A stretch of DNA of 64,000 nt, taken from the IMG/VR virus record IMGVR_UViG_3300045808_000037; one strand, given 5' to 3'. The position numbers and the translations under genes are program-made. Each line of letters opens with the position of its first letter. Position 1 is the stretch's first letter. The notes below the pieces were generated by a model. That model did not search any database, was not told the origin of the DNA, and saw nothing but the letters and a program-made list of their open reading frames with translations. The stretch is from a virus. Of the stretch, positions 36,479 to 45,288 are shown one piece after another.

Positions 36479-36661
36479 GTGTCCCACCTGTTGGCTACGA
36501 AGAAAAAAAGACCCAGATACGCTATGGATGATGCAACCATCGAAAAGTTTCAGTGGTTGTGTGTGCAGCATCAAAAGCGGTCGGGCAAGAAATTATATCC
36601 CAAAGATACATTGAAAGAGTTGATCGACCACGAATATGAAATTCGAAAGAGTTTCGGTTAG
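36479..36661 (+). CDS. Small putative DNA-binding protein
   Basis: AGGAG SD; basic beta-strand plus two helices pattern. Confidence 0.55.
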   Translation: MSHLLATKKKRPRYAMDDATIEKFQWLCVQHQKRSGKKLYPKDTLKELIDHEYEIRKSFG

Positions 36662-36670
36662 GAGTGAACG

Positions 36671-37669
36671 ATGACCAACAAGGAGTCGCTGATTAATAAA
36701 ATTGTTGGAGATTTAGAAAATGATTTGGATCCAGAACAACTTAGGAAAGTAAATATGCTTCTATTGATGCATTTGGATTCCTTCGACTTAGTTAAAACTT
36801 CAACTGATGTAGTGATCTATGATGAGAGATCCGATGCAGCTGCATACCATCAATTTATGGTGTCAAAGAAGATTCAGGGGCTTTCAGACGGAACGTTGAA
36901 ACTTTATATGCAGACGATCAACTTCTTCATGAGCAAGCTTAGAAAGCCGTTTAAGGATATCACCACAAATGACATTCGATTGTTTATTGCCAACAGGGAA
37001 ATTCAGGATCGAATATCTAAAGGTACGCTTGCTCGTGAACGTGGCTGCATCGTTAGGTTCTTTCACTGGCTGTATATCGAAGAGTTTATCGATCGAGATC
37101 CTGGCGCAAGGGTGGAAAAGATAAAAGTACCCAAAAGGCGCAAACAAGAATTCAGCGAGCTTGAAGTTGAAAAGCTACGAATTGCTGCATCTAATGCGAA
37201 AGAAACGCTAATCATCGAACTGCTATTGAGTACTGGATGTCGAGTCTCTGAATTGGTTTCTCTCAATTTTAGTAACTATGACCAAGAAAATGATTCGATT
37301 GAAGTGATTGGAAAAGGCAACAAGCAAAGAACTTTATACTTTAATGCCAAGGCAAAGCTGGCATTGAATTATTACTTAAAAGAGGTGCCTCACATCACTG
37401 GTCCATTATTTTATGGACAGACGAGAGGGAAAGAGATGACTAATGCCGGAATCCAAAAGTTGGTCAATCGTCTAGGGGAACGTGCAGGTGTTTTGAATGT
37501 TCACCCACACAGATTCAGAAGGACAGCCGCAACACTTGCGAGAAGACACGGGATGCCGATAGAACTCGTTTCTAGGTTCCTCGGTCATGAAAATATTGAG
37601 ACTACGATGGCTTACTCGATGATCAATGATGATGAAGTGAAGATCTCCCATCAAAAGTTTGTAAGTTGA
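36671..37669 (+). CDS. XerD-like tyrosine recombinase
   Basis: TGCRVSEL, GKGNKQR, HPHRFRRT, LGHENIETTMAY. Confidence 0.9.
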   Translation: MTNKESLINKIVGDLENDLDPEQLRKVNMLLLMHLDSFDLVKTSTDVVIYDERSDAAAYHQFMVSKKIQGLSDGTLKLYMQTINFFMSKLRKPFKDITTNDIRLFIANREIQDRISKGTLARERGCIVRFFHWLYIEEFIDRDPGARVEKIKVPKRRKQEFSELEVEKLRIAASNAKETLIIELLLSTGCRVSELVSLNFSNYDQENDSIEVIGKGNKQRTLYFNAKAKLALNYYLKEVPHITGPLFYGQTRGKEMTNAGIQKLVNRLGERAGVLNVHPHRFRRTAATLARRHGMPIELVSRFLGHENIETTMAYSMINDDEVKISHQKFVS

Positions 37670-37670
37670 G

Positions 37671-37868
37671 GTGAATATTTTGAAAAGAATTTATTACAAC
37701 GAATTTCACGCGATTTTAGTAGATGAAACAGCAAGGACCTATCGTTTTATTACTAGTCAAGAAGGAAAAGCCTATGCGGATCAAATTGGTGTACAGGCGA
37801 TTTATCGTAACGCTTTGAACCAAAGGGAAGAGTTTTTGATTGAATTGGGCTATAAAAGAACAAAGTAA
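37671..37868 (+). CDS. Hypothetical protein
   Basis: GAGGTG SD; ORF track. Confidence 0.6.
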   Translation: MNILKRIYYNEFHAILVDETARTYRFITSQEGKAYADQIGVQAIYRNALNQREEFLIELGYKRTK

Positions 37869-37956
37869 TCAATATATAGTGGGCGAAAATACGTTCCTAC
37901 AATATATTGTGCATAACTTTGTGGATATGTGCATAACTTAAATTGGAGGGAATAAC

Positions 37957-38259
37957 ATGGATGTATTAATTGAATCAGTAGAGCAGTGGGCGAAAAACAA
38001 GGGACTTGATAAGGCAGATTCCAGCAAGCAAATGCTGAAAGTTGTCGAAGAAGTCGGAGAAGTTGCGGCTGCATTAGCTAGAAATGACCAAGATGCATTA
38101 CGCGATGGCATCGGAGATGTTGCTGTGACCATTATTATTTTAGCTTTGCAAAACGACATGGATTTATACGAGTGCTTGAATTTCGCTTATGACGAAATCA
38201 AAGGGCGAACTGGGAAGATGGTCAATGGTGTTTTCGTTAAATCCAGTGACCTGAAATAA
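37957..38259 (+). CDS. MazG-like nucleotide pyrophosphohydrolase
   Basis: KVVEEVGEVA...DGIGDV motif. Confidence 0.88.
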   Translation: MDVLIESVEQWAKNKGLDKADSSKQMLKVVEEVGEVAAALARNDQDALRDGIGDVAVTIIILALQNDMDLYECLNFAYDEIKGRTGKMVNGVFVKSSDLK

Positions 38260-38301
38260 TTCCAGAATTGGAAGAGATAACGGAATAGAGGAGGACAAAT
38301 T

Positions 38302-38478
38302 ATGTTAGGTATCGAATGTCCATATTGTGGGACGATTTATGAAACTGAAATTCACGAAATCGCTCCTGAAGAAGAATTTACAGAGGAACAGTGTCCAAGT
38401 TGCGAGAAATTTTATGCCTTTGAATACTATTTGCAACCAACGCTATTGAGCGTAAAAAAATTTAAGAAGAGTAGCTAA
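38302..38478 (+). CDS. Small zinc-ribbon protein (58 aa)
   Basis: GAGGAGG SD; CPYC and CPSC motifs; not in the ORF track. Confidence 0.7.
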   Translation: MLGIECPYCGTIYETEIHEIAPEEEFTEEQCPSCEKFYAFEYYLQPTLLSVKKFKKSS

Positions 38479-38510
38479 TCGACAGAGATTGAAAACTAGA
38501 AATAATTACG

Positions 38511-38828
38511 TTATTGAACAGTGTGAAGTAGATTATGTATGAATAATAATTTGAATAGAATAAAAACTCTACAAATGCTTGGATAATAATTTTGATTGTA
38601 AAAAGTAATCGGTTGAGGATAGGAAGGCACTGATTGTCGACAAACCTTTTTATGTAAAGGCTTATTTTGGAAAAGATCGAAAATTTTTATTTTACCATAT
38701 GGAAAAAATTTTGAAAAAACGAATTCGAGTTCTTTTTTGTTATCCTGATTAATTGAATTTAGTAAATTAATGATATTACTCTTAGTATTAAAAAAATCTT
38801 TTATTGTAATTTGTTTCTGGCTTCTCAT
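38511..38828 (-). CDS. AT-rich antisense hypothetical protein
   Basis: AAAGGA SD; very AT-rich insert. Confidence 0.4.
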   Translation of the reverse strand: MRSQKQITIKDFFNTKSNIINLLNSINQDNKKELEFVFSKFFPYGKIKIFDLFQNKPLHKKVCRQSVPSYPQPITFYNQNYYPSICRVFILFKLLFIHNLLHTVQ

Positions 38829-39272
38829 TACATTTCAAGTCCTTTAAAGAAATATCGGATAATTAAATAATTTAAGTATACTATCGATATGTTTTTAGTG
38901 AAAAAATAATGGAAAAAACTATGAAAATTTCATGAGAAAAATATTGCTAAATTGGTACAAAATATTATAGAAAGAAAACTGTAATATAAAAATTAAAAAC
39001 ATTGGTATAGGAATAGCGGTTACTTTCTAGCTAAATAACGCACTGACAAAGCTCGGATTAAACTAAATAATTCGTTACAGTTTGTTGTCTATAGAGATTA
39101 TCAACTTGGGTGATTTAAATGATCTAGTGGAATTAAGCAAAACACTATTACAAGAAATAATTGTGACGACGTCTGATTATCTTCCGAGTGATATATCTGG
39201 CTACTTAGAAATCTATGATTATTACAGAGAGTAATTCCACTATCCACCAAAATAGAAAACTGGAGGGAAAAC

Positions 39273-39440
39273 ATGAGCAAAGCAAGTTTGAGAATTATCG
39301 AAAAGAAAATCGCTGCTCTAGAAGAAGCGCTGGAAACTAACGACTTTGAGTTCATTTCAAAATGGCATGGAAACAGAATATTTGCTGAAAAGGATCTGGA
39401 AGAATTGAAAGCAAGACTGAAATCGGAGGAACTTCGATGA
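39273..39440 (+). CDS. Small hypothetical protein (55 aa)
   Basis: GGAGGG SD; MSKASLRIIEKKIAALEE; not in the ORF track. Confidence 0.6.
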   Translation: MSKASLRIIEKKIAALEEALETNDFEFISKWHGNRIFAEKDLEELKARLKSEELR

Positions 39441-39655
39441 AGAAAATACCAGTTATGGTAATTAATGAAATTAACCGACTATCTGAAAAATATCGATCTT
39501 TGCATGATTTATATAGTGCGGACGTTGATTGGTTAATAAACGGAACACATTGGCTTAGTGGTGATGATTTAAAGCTGGCTAATTGGTTCAACACTAACAC
39601 TATACTATTTGAAAAAGAATTCTTGAATCGGATAACTAATCAAAAAGCAAATTGA
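39437..39655 (+). CDS. Hypothetical protein
   Basis: GGAGG SD, ATGA overlap with the upstream gene. Confidence 0.6.
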   Translation: MKKIPVMVINEINRLSEKYRSLHDLYSADVDWLINGTHWLSGDDLKLANWFNTNTILFEKEFLNRITNQKAN

Positions 39656-39733
39656 AGTCAGCTATCCGACGAAATAAAAAACTGATTGATAATGATATCA
39701 ACCAGTAGGGGCTATAAACGATCGAGGATAGCG

Positions 39734-40042
39734 TTACTTATCATCGTTTTCTTTAAAGTAGTCATCAATGTACTCTTTAATTTTTTCAAAATCTTTAGTC
39801 AGAAAGAATTTAGAAGGAACTTTTATGATAGGAAGGTTGTTTTCATTATCAAAAGGAACGAATGGCTCAGGAAGGACCAAGTAGTCAACATTATCTTTGT
39901 CCCTAAGATAATTTACTGAAACATCGTAAAACTGAGAGAAATAATCTTTAAGGCTTGTATCTTTTTTAAAAAGAAGTCCCGGAGATAATGGCGTATACGA
40001 CATTACATTATTGAGCACTAAGACAAAACAAATTTTTTTCAT
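39734..40042 (-). CDS. Antisense moron, small alpha/beta protein (weak PTS EIIB-like layout)
   Basis: AAAGGTGG SD and upstream TTTACA...TATAAT-like promoter. Confidence 0.55.
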   Translation of the reverse strand: MKKICFVLVLNNVMSYTPLSPGLLFKKDTSLKDYFSQFYDVSVNYLRDKDNVDYLVLPEPFVPFDNENNLPIIKVPSKFFLTKDFEKIKEYIDDYFKENDDK

Positions 40043-40199
40043 AGATAAACCACCTTTCAGTTAGATTATATACTAATTAATAGAATTAATGTAAATGAAT
40101 TGAAAATATCGTTATTTGATTTTTTGATAATAAAAAATCTTTAGATTGTAAAAAAACAAATAAGTCAGTAATCGTCAGCGATAACGGAAAAAAGACCCA

Positions 40200-40460
40200 C
40201 TAAGAGTCTTCTTTTGGAACTATTGAAATTCCTTGTGTTTTCAGATCAACTGCAACACGTTCGGTCACTCTAACCATAAACTGTTGCTTAAGAATTTCAG
40301 AAAATTCATCAGAATACTCATTTATGTAAATACTCAGTTGTTTCAGAAATTCGTTAGGATCATCGCTTAATTCGATGACTCGTAATGGATACATCATTTC
40401 ATTAACAGCATCAATGACGGCTATTGGAACAACTGAGTTTAGATCAACAGTAATTTTCAT
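40200..40460 (-). CDS. Antisense moron, hypothetical protein
   Basis: AGGAGG SD before ATG at 40460; TGaTATAAT extended -10 at 40480-40488. Confidence 0.7.
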   Translation of the reverse strand: MKITVDLNSVVPIAVIDAVNEMMYPLRVIELSDDPNEFLKQLSIYINEYSDEFSEILKQQFMVRVTERVAVDLKTQGISIVPKEDS

Positions 40461-40504
40461 ACGATCGCCTCCTATGGCGATTATATCATGAACGGAGGGA
40501 TAAG

Positions 40505-41014
40505 ATGTTCGGATTAACAAAGAAGAAAAAAGAATATGATTTAGCTGATCAAATTCCCGTAGATAATCTGAAAAAATATGTAGTCCAAGGATATGAGAAA
40601 GAAAAGGCTTTGGAATTGCAAATTGAACAGAAAGATTCTGAAATCAAAAAACTTCAAAATGATCTGCAGCAATTTGAAGCCTTGAAAGTCGTACTGGAGA
40701 ACAAAGAAAAAACAATTGCGGATTTGAATGGAAGACTATACAGCATCGACCGTTATAAGTCTCGGATAGAAGATCTAGAATCAAAAAATAATACGCTGAT
40801 GATCGAAAAAAAGCAATTAGCTGATGAAGTCTACGAGTTAAAAAGACAAGAAAAGAAAATTGCTGAAAGAGTATCTGACAAGGTTTCAAAGGAAACTACG
40901 GCTGCGATTAAACTGAATCTGAAAAAGAAAATATTGGGGATCAAAGGTAATCTAAGCAAAGGTCAAGTCATTAATTTGATTGATCAAATCCAACAGGATG
41001 AACAGGAGGGATAA
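40505..41014 (+). CDS. Coiled-coil hypothetical protein
   Basis: GGAGG SD; heptad repeats. Confidence 0.75.
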   Translation: MFGLTKKKKEYDLADQIPVDNLKKYVVQGYEKEKALELQIEQKDSEIKKLQNDLQQFEALKVVLENKEKTIADLNGRLYSIDRYKSRIEDLESKNNTLMIEKKQLADEVYELKRQEKKIAERVSDKVSKETTAAIKLNLKKKILGIKGNLSKGQVINLIDQIQQDEQEG

Positions 41015-41016
41015 GA

Positions 41017-41211
41017 ATGAAATATATCATTACTACTGACAACGAAGAACAAGGATGGCTTGATTCCTTTAATGATTGGGCAAATTTTTCATACAAAATG
41101 AATCAAGAAGTTAAAGAAGAAAATCTGGATTCTGTAAGGAAAAATATTTACAGATTTAACAATGAGCTTGCTTGCGGTCGTGCTATTCGTTTGATTGAAC
41201 AGGAGGGATAA
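41017..41211 (+). CDS. Hypothetical protein
   Basis: AGGAGG SD. Confidence 0.65.
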   Translation: MKYIITTDNEEQGWLDSFNDWANFSYKMNQEVKEENLDSVRKNIYRFNNELACGRAIRLIEQEG

Positions 41212-41213
41212 GA

Positions 41214-41764
41214 TGGTACCAAAATTTAGAGCGTGGGATAAAAATGACAAACTTATGGGTAAAGTGACCAGTTTAGGCTTTAGCGAAGTGCAACATACAC
41301 AAGTTAAATTTAGGGTAGTTGATAACGGTAAGCCAAGGGACGTATGGTCTGCATTAGATGATGATGGCTTAGGTACGTGTGTGCTGATGCAATCCACTGG
41401 CTTGAAAGGGTATATGTCAGATTCCCACGAAGACGATGAAGAAAAGGACGTTTATAGAGGTGACATCATTGATATCTTTTGGGAAGAGTGGCCTATGGGC
41501 TATTACCAAGAAAATCATATGATCGGTGTGGTTGATACAGATGAAACAGGAACAGCATGGGTAATCAAAGATGCCAAGTATGATTTCGACACTCCCCAAC
41601 CTATACCTAGTGAAATTGATGGTATTTCTGTTTCTACGAGTTTACCTGATGCGGAAGATTTAGAAGAAATATTCTTGCACAATTTTAACTTAGCATCTAG
41701 CGATATAACTATTTTAGGCAACATCTACGAGAACCCAGAACTGTTGGAACAAGCCGATGAGTAA
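41214..41764 (+). CDS. yopX: YopX family phage protein
   Basis: MVPKFRAWDK N-terminus, [13 protein letters not shown]-terminus; C-terminal two-thirds nearly identical to 381..905. Confidence 0.9.
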
Positions 41765-42245
41765 AACAAATTTAACCAGACAAGCAGAGAAATGCTTATG
41801 GAACTATACAAATAAAATGGGTGTTTTCGGATGTTTTGAAGTCACTATCGGTTGGTACGGCAAAGAGCGAGTGGACTATATCACGTATTCAACAGATAAC
41901 ACGATTCGCTGTTATGAGATCAAAGTCACGCTAGCTGATTTGAAATCAAAGGCAGGTCAAACGTTTATCGGTGATTATAACTATCTCGTGGTAACTAACG
42001 AACTATGGGAAGCAATCCAAGCCGATCAAGATTTAGGTTGGAAATACTATCATGAGGGCATTTTGATTTTTGATGAACTCAGCCACAACATCGGCATAAC
42101 AAGCGTTAAAAAAGCCAAAAAGCGAAATGTCACAATCGGAACTAGGGCGACTGTACTAGAAAGTATGGTTCGTTCGCTGAATAGAGAAGTCGGAAAACTA
42201 TATAAATTGGCGCCATTTTGGGAGTTGAAAGCCAATGAAAGTTAA
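41757..42245 (+). CDS. PD-(D/E)xK-like nuclease (MmcB-like)
   Basis: E...RVDY...CYEIKVTLAD motif. Confidence 0.6.
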   Translation: MSKTNLTRQAEKCLWNYTNKMGVFGCFEVTIGWYGKERVDYITYSTDNTIRCYEIKVTLADLKSKAGQTFIGDYNYLVVTNELWEAIQADQDLGWKYYHEGILIFDELSHNIGITSVKKAKKRNVTIGTRATVLESMVRSLNREVGKLYKLAPFWELKANES

Positions 42246-42435
42246 TCATTACACAGTACTAGCTATGGTATCAATACTGCTAACGATCGCCGGCTTGAGT
42301 TGGCTATCCTATACAATTGTGGACCAACAAAAGCAAATTGAGCAGTTACATGAACAGCTGCAGCATGAGCAGATGAAGTACAAGATTATTATCAACGATC
42401 CGTTAGTCAGGGATGCGATGGAAGCAGGGGGATGA
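42235..42435 (+). CDS. Small membrane/coiled-coil phage protein
   Basis: Near-identical to 895..1095. Confidence 0.75.
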   Translation: MKVNHYTVLAMVSILLTIAGLSWLSYTIVDQQKQIEQLHEQLQHEQMKYKIIINDPLVRDAMEAGG

Positions 42436-42438
42436 AAG

Positions 42439-42615
42439 ATGGATTTCGCAGTGTTAGTAGCCGTGGCACTTTTTGGCACAGTATTTGCAAGTGTGATTTT
42501 CGGTAAAGAATTAGATGAAAAGGAGAAAGAAGCCATTGCCAAAGAAAAAATCGAAAGTAAAAAAGGAGAAGCGCAAGTTGCTAGAAAAAGCCAAGGTAAA
42601 TGGAACATTAAATAA
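42439..42615 (+). CDS. Small membrane protein (58 aa)
   Basis: Shares N-terminus MDFAVLVAVALF...KELDEKEK with 1587..1823. Confidence 0.6.
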   Translation: MDFAVLVAVALFGTVFASVIFGKELDEKEKEAIAKEKIESKKGEAQVARKSQGKWNIK

Positions 42616-42703
42616 AAAAGTCCTTGGTAAGACCTTGAAGAGTTTTAATCATTGATGAAGAACATCAACATGGCTTACATTTTGGAAAATAAAAAAAGCA
42701 CTA

Positions 42704-42869
42704 CTTTTTAGTAGTGTCTGCTAGTAACTTTGTACAGATTATCTAAAGCTTTTTCTATAGTTATACCACATGCAAAAACTTCTGGATTGTTTTCATAATA
42801 AACAAGAAAAAGATTTGAAATAGTATTTAAAGTGATGTGTACAAAAGGTACTTGTAATTGTTCACTCAT
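42704..42869 (-). pseudogene. Possible frameshifted small HicB-like ORF
   Basis: AAAGGGGTG SD then MSEQLQVPFV; another frame continues HHFKYYFKSFLVYYENNPEVFACGITIEKALDNL. Confidence 0.3.
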
Positions 42870-42989
42870 GGTCTTCACCCCTTTCATAATTATATTATAT
42901 ACCTCGATTATTAAAATAATGTAAATAAAAAAGAAATGTATTCATCTAGACGCCCGAGTCAAGGTGGAAATAAAGAGGAGGTCCAGTTA

Positions 42990-43508
42990 TTGGAAATTAA
43001 TGTTCATGAACTTTCAGATAAACAATTAGATGAACTAGCTCTAAAAATTAGGAAAGGAATTCAAAAAGACAGGGAATATGAGAAAAAACAGTTCAAGAAA
43101 AGAGCTTTTCACAATACAAGATTGCTGATGAACAACTATCACAAGTTAAAAGCCCATAGTGAAGCGGTTGAGGAGCATGTAGAGGAAGTGCAAGGAACAT
43201 TTTGGGAGCATAAGTGGTTGAACCTCGATTTACTGATGCAAAATAAAGCGAAATCAGTTAAGCTTATGAAGCATGTTGATATATGCCTAGAAGCTTATAA
43301 GGAGATTTGTCTTTCAACAGGTAAGCCGGAAGACAAGCGGAAGTGGCGAATCATTAACAAAAAGTTTATTGAGCGTCCATTGTTGAATGATGATAAATTA
43401 GCAGAGCAATTACATGTTGATCGTTCTACTATTAGTCGCAACTGTAAAGAAGCGCTTGAAGATTTATCGGTAGTTCTGTTTGGTATCGACATGATTAATG
43501 ATTGGTAG
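42990..43508 (+). CDS. Late transcriptional activator (ArpU/RinA-like, divergent from the prophage 1 copy)
   Basis: NTRLLMNNYHKLK, C-terminal HTH LAEQLHVDRSTISRNCKEALEDLSVVLFG; GAGGAGG SD before TTG. Confidence 0.8.
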   Translation: MEINVHELSDKQLDELALKIRKGIQKDREYEKKQFKKRAFHNTRLLMNNYHKLKAHSEAVEEHVEEVQGTFWEHKWLNLDLLMQNKAKSVKLMKHVDICLEAYKEICLSTGKPEDKRKWRIINKKFIERPLLNDDKLAEQLHVDRSTISRNCKEALEDLSVVLFGIDMINDW

Positions 43509-43510
43509 CC

Positions 43511-43556
43511 CATGCACAAAACATGCACACACATGCAACAAATCCAGTGATACAAT
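43511..43556 (+). promoter_or_regulatory. Late promoter of prophage 2: three CATGCA(C/A) repeats and extended -10 TGaTACAAT
   Basis: Repeats at 43511, 43522, 43532; TACAAT at 43551-43556. Confidence 0.7.
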
Positions 43557-43583
43557 AGTATTGTAGAAATTTTTAAATATCAG

Positions 43584-43722
43584 GGCGCACTCCTTTATGA
43601 TTCGTTGGCAGACCTACTTTCGTGATTACCTTTCAGCGCCCTGTATTTAATTAAGACGGCACCCAAAAATTTAAAATGAATGGAGTTGAACACACTCCTT
43701 ATCTTCATTCGCTAGCCGTCTT
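43584..43722 (+). ncRNA. Two conserved hairpins of the late leader RNA (copy 2)
   Basis: CAGGGCGC/GCGCCCTG and AAGACGGC/GCCGTCTT stems homologous to 2425-2570. Confidence 0.6.
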
Positions 43723-43730
43723 AATTTTAT

Positions 43731-43816
43731 GTCACTGTGGCAGACCGGGGAAATGCAGAGGCTATGCATAGAATGTGTACGACTCGTAAGTGAGGTTCAA
43801 GTCCTCACCAGTGGCT
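43731..43816 (+). ncRNA. tRNA-like cloverleaf with extended anticodon arm
   Basis: GTCACTG/CAGTGGC acceptor, GCAG..GG..TGC D arm, GTGAGG-TTCAAGT-CCTCAC T arm; central arm GAGGCTATGCAT-AGA-ATGTGTACGACTC. Confidence 0.65.
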
Positions 43817-43867
43817 TTGGGAGTTGTCGATTAGATTACTCACATGATCTTTGGTACTTCCTACTTT

Positions 43868-43891
43868 GCAGTCCCTCGGGGCTGCTTTTTT
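43868..43891 (+). terminator. Intrinsic terminator ending the late leader (copy 2)
   Basis: GCAGTCCC-TC-GGGGCTGC followed by a T run. Confidence 0.8.
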
Positions 43892-43894
43892 ACA

Positions 43895-43923
43895 TTGCTT
43901 TCGTTCTAAATAACAATTATTAT
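43895..43923 (+). promoter_or_regulatory. Putative sigmaA promoter for the cargo gene
   Basis: TTGCTT-17 bp-TATTAT. Confidence 0.55.
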
Positions 43924-43947
43924 TGTTTTGAATGGAGGGTGATAAGC

Positions 43948-44346
43948 ATGAATTACGAAGAGTTGAAAGAATATGTAGGTAGTCAACTACCTGAAACATC
44001 TAAGCTGACGATAATGAAGCGCGTTATAGATGATATCGCAAGTGAATTCTTTAATTTAAAGAATAAATTGACTGAGGATCTTAACATCGATGAAAATCAG
44101 AACAATATCAACGTAGCGAAAACTGGGAACCGTAGAGGAACTGTACTCAGCATCGGAGACCGCCAAATAAAAGTCGATTATGATGGAGATTCACATATCG
44201 AGGTTATAGTGTATGAGCCGGGAGTTTTAGATGCAACAAAGATTGACGATATCATTTATAGAGATGGAAAAGCCGTCTATGAGGGTAATGGCGAACTATT
44301 TGATTTAAAATCGATAGAAAGCTATCTTGATTGGTTCAAAAAATAA
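43948..44346 (+). CDS. Moron hypothetical protein (132 aa)
   Basis: GGAGGGTG SD before ATG at 43948; own promoter and terminator. Confidence 0.75.
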   Translation: MNYEELKEYVGSQLPETSKLTIMKRVIDDIASEFFNLKNKLTEDLNIDENQNNINVAKTGNRRGTVLSIGDRQIKVDYDGDSHIEVIVYEPGVLDATKIDDIIYRDGKAVYEGNGELFDLKSIESYLDWFKK

Positions 44347-44352
44347 TTGGTT

Positions 44353-44381
44353 GACACCCTAAAAACAGGGTGTCTTTTTTT
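44353..44381 (+). terminator. Intrinsic terminator after the moron
   Basis: GACACCCT-AAAAAC-AGGGTGTC followed by T7. Confidence 0.8.
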
Positions 44382-44427
44382 ACATACTATTACAAAACAA
44401 CACAGACTGTGAGGTGGTGGTGAATGG

Positions 44428-45288
44428 ATGGCTAGACAAAGAAACCCAAATAGAGATAAAGCCTATAAATTGTGGCTAAAATCAAAAGAACGACCTTTAG
44501 TAGATATAGCCAAGGAATTAGGAGAACGTCCGTCAACTATCAGAAAATGGAAATCACAAGATAACTGGGAGCGTTCCGATTCCAAAAGGAGCGCTCCGAA
44601 TAAAAAGGAACACTCCGATAAGGCAAATGATTCACCGCAATTAATAATTAATAACGATGACCTGACAGAGCAACAAAAGTTGTTCTGTCTTTACTATTTA
44701 CAATCATTTAATGCAACGAAGGCGTATCAACAAGCGTATGGATGCGACTATAATTCCGCTAGGTCTAACAGCATAAGATTGATAGCAAAAGATAGCATAA
44801 AGGTCGAGTTAAGAAGGCTGAAGGCGGAATTGCAGCAAGATGTCTTTCTTGATGTAAAAGATCTGATAAGAGAATACGCAAAGCAGGCGTTTGCTGATAT
44901 CACTGATTTCGTTGAGTTCTCATCAACAGAACACAAACTATATGAGTATGATGATGCTGGTGAGAAGCGAGAGGTGTTTAACGAGTTTACTGGGGAGTTA
45001 GAAACGTACAAATCATCACAGGTTGCACTGAAGAGTAGTGAAGAGGTTGATGGTACGCTTATTCAAGAAGTCAAAAAGGGGAAAGACGGCATATCGGTCA
45101 AACTTTATGACAAACAAAAAGCCATGTCAGAACTCATGAAATATCTTGGCGGTGATCGGTTGCGAGAAGTGCAGATTGCTGCGGCTATTGCTAAGAATAA
45201 GGATGGCAGCGAAGAGTTTGATATGGAAGACGATGGTTTCTTGGCAGCATTGGAAGCTGAAGGTGAAGAACTATGGCCAGAAGAGTAA
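44428..45288 (+). CDS. terS: Terminase small subunit with N-terminal HTH
   Basis: IAKELGERPSTIRKWKSQDNW, LTEQQKLFCLYYLQSFNATKAY, VKLYDKQKAM. Confidence 0.9.
   Translation: MARQRNPNRDKAYKLWLKSKERPLVDIAKELGERPSTIRKWKSQDNWERSDSKRSAPNKKEHSDKANDSPQLIINNDDLTEQQKLFCLYYLQSFNATKAYQQAYGCDYNSARSNSIRLIAKDSIKVELRRLKAELQQDVFLDVKDLIREYAKQAFADITDFVEFSSTEHKLYEYDDAGEKREVFNEFTGELETYKSSQVALKSSEEVDGTLIQEVKKGKDGISVKLYDKQKAMSELMKYLGGDRLREVQIAAAIAKNKDGSEEFDMEDDGFLAALEAEGEELWPEE

Noticed and set aside
39000-39265. Additional gene or IS remnant in the AT-rich gap
   Set aside because: No convincing ORF with an RBS and no terminal inverted repeats or transposase motifs found
43729-43947. N-terminal extension of the 205-aa ORF
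   Set aside because: It overlaps the tRNA-like element and terminator; the real start is the SD-preceded ATG at 43948
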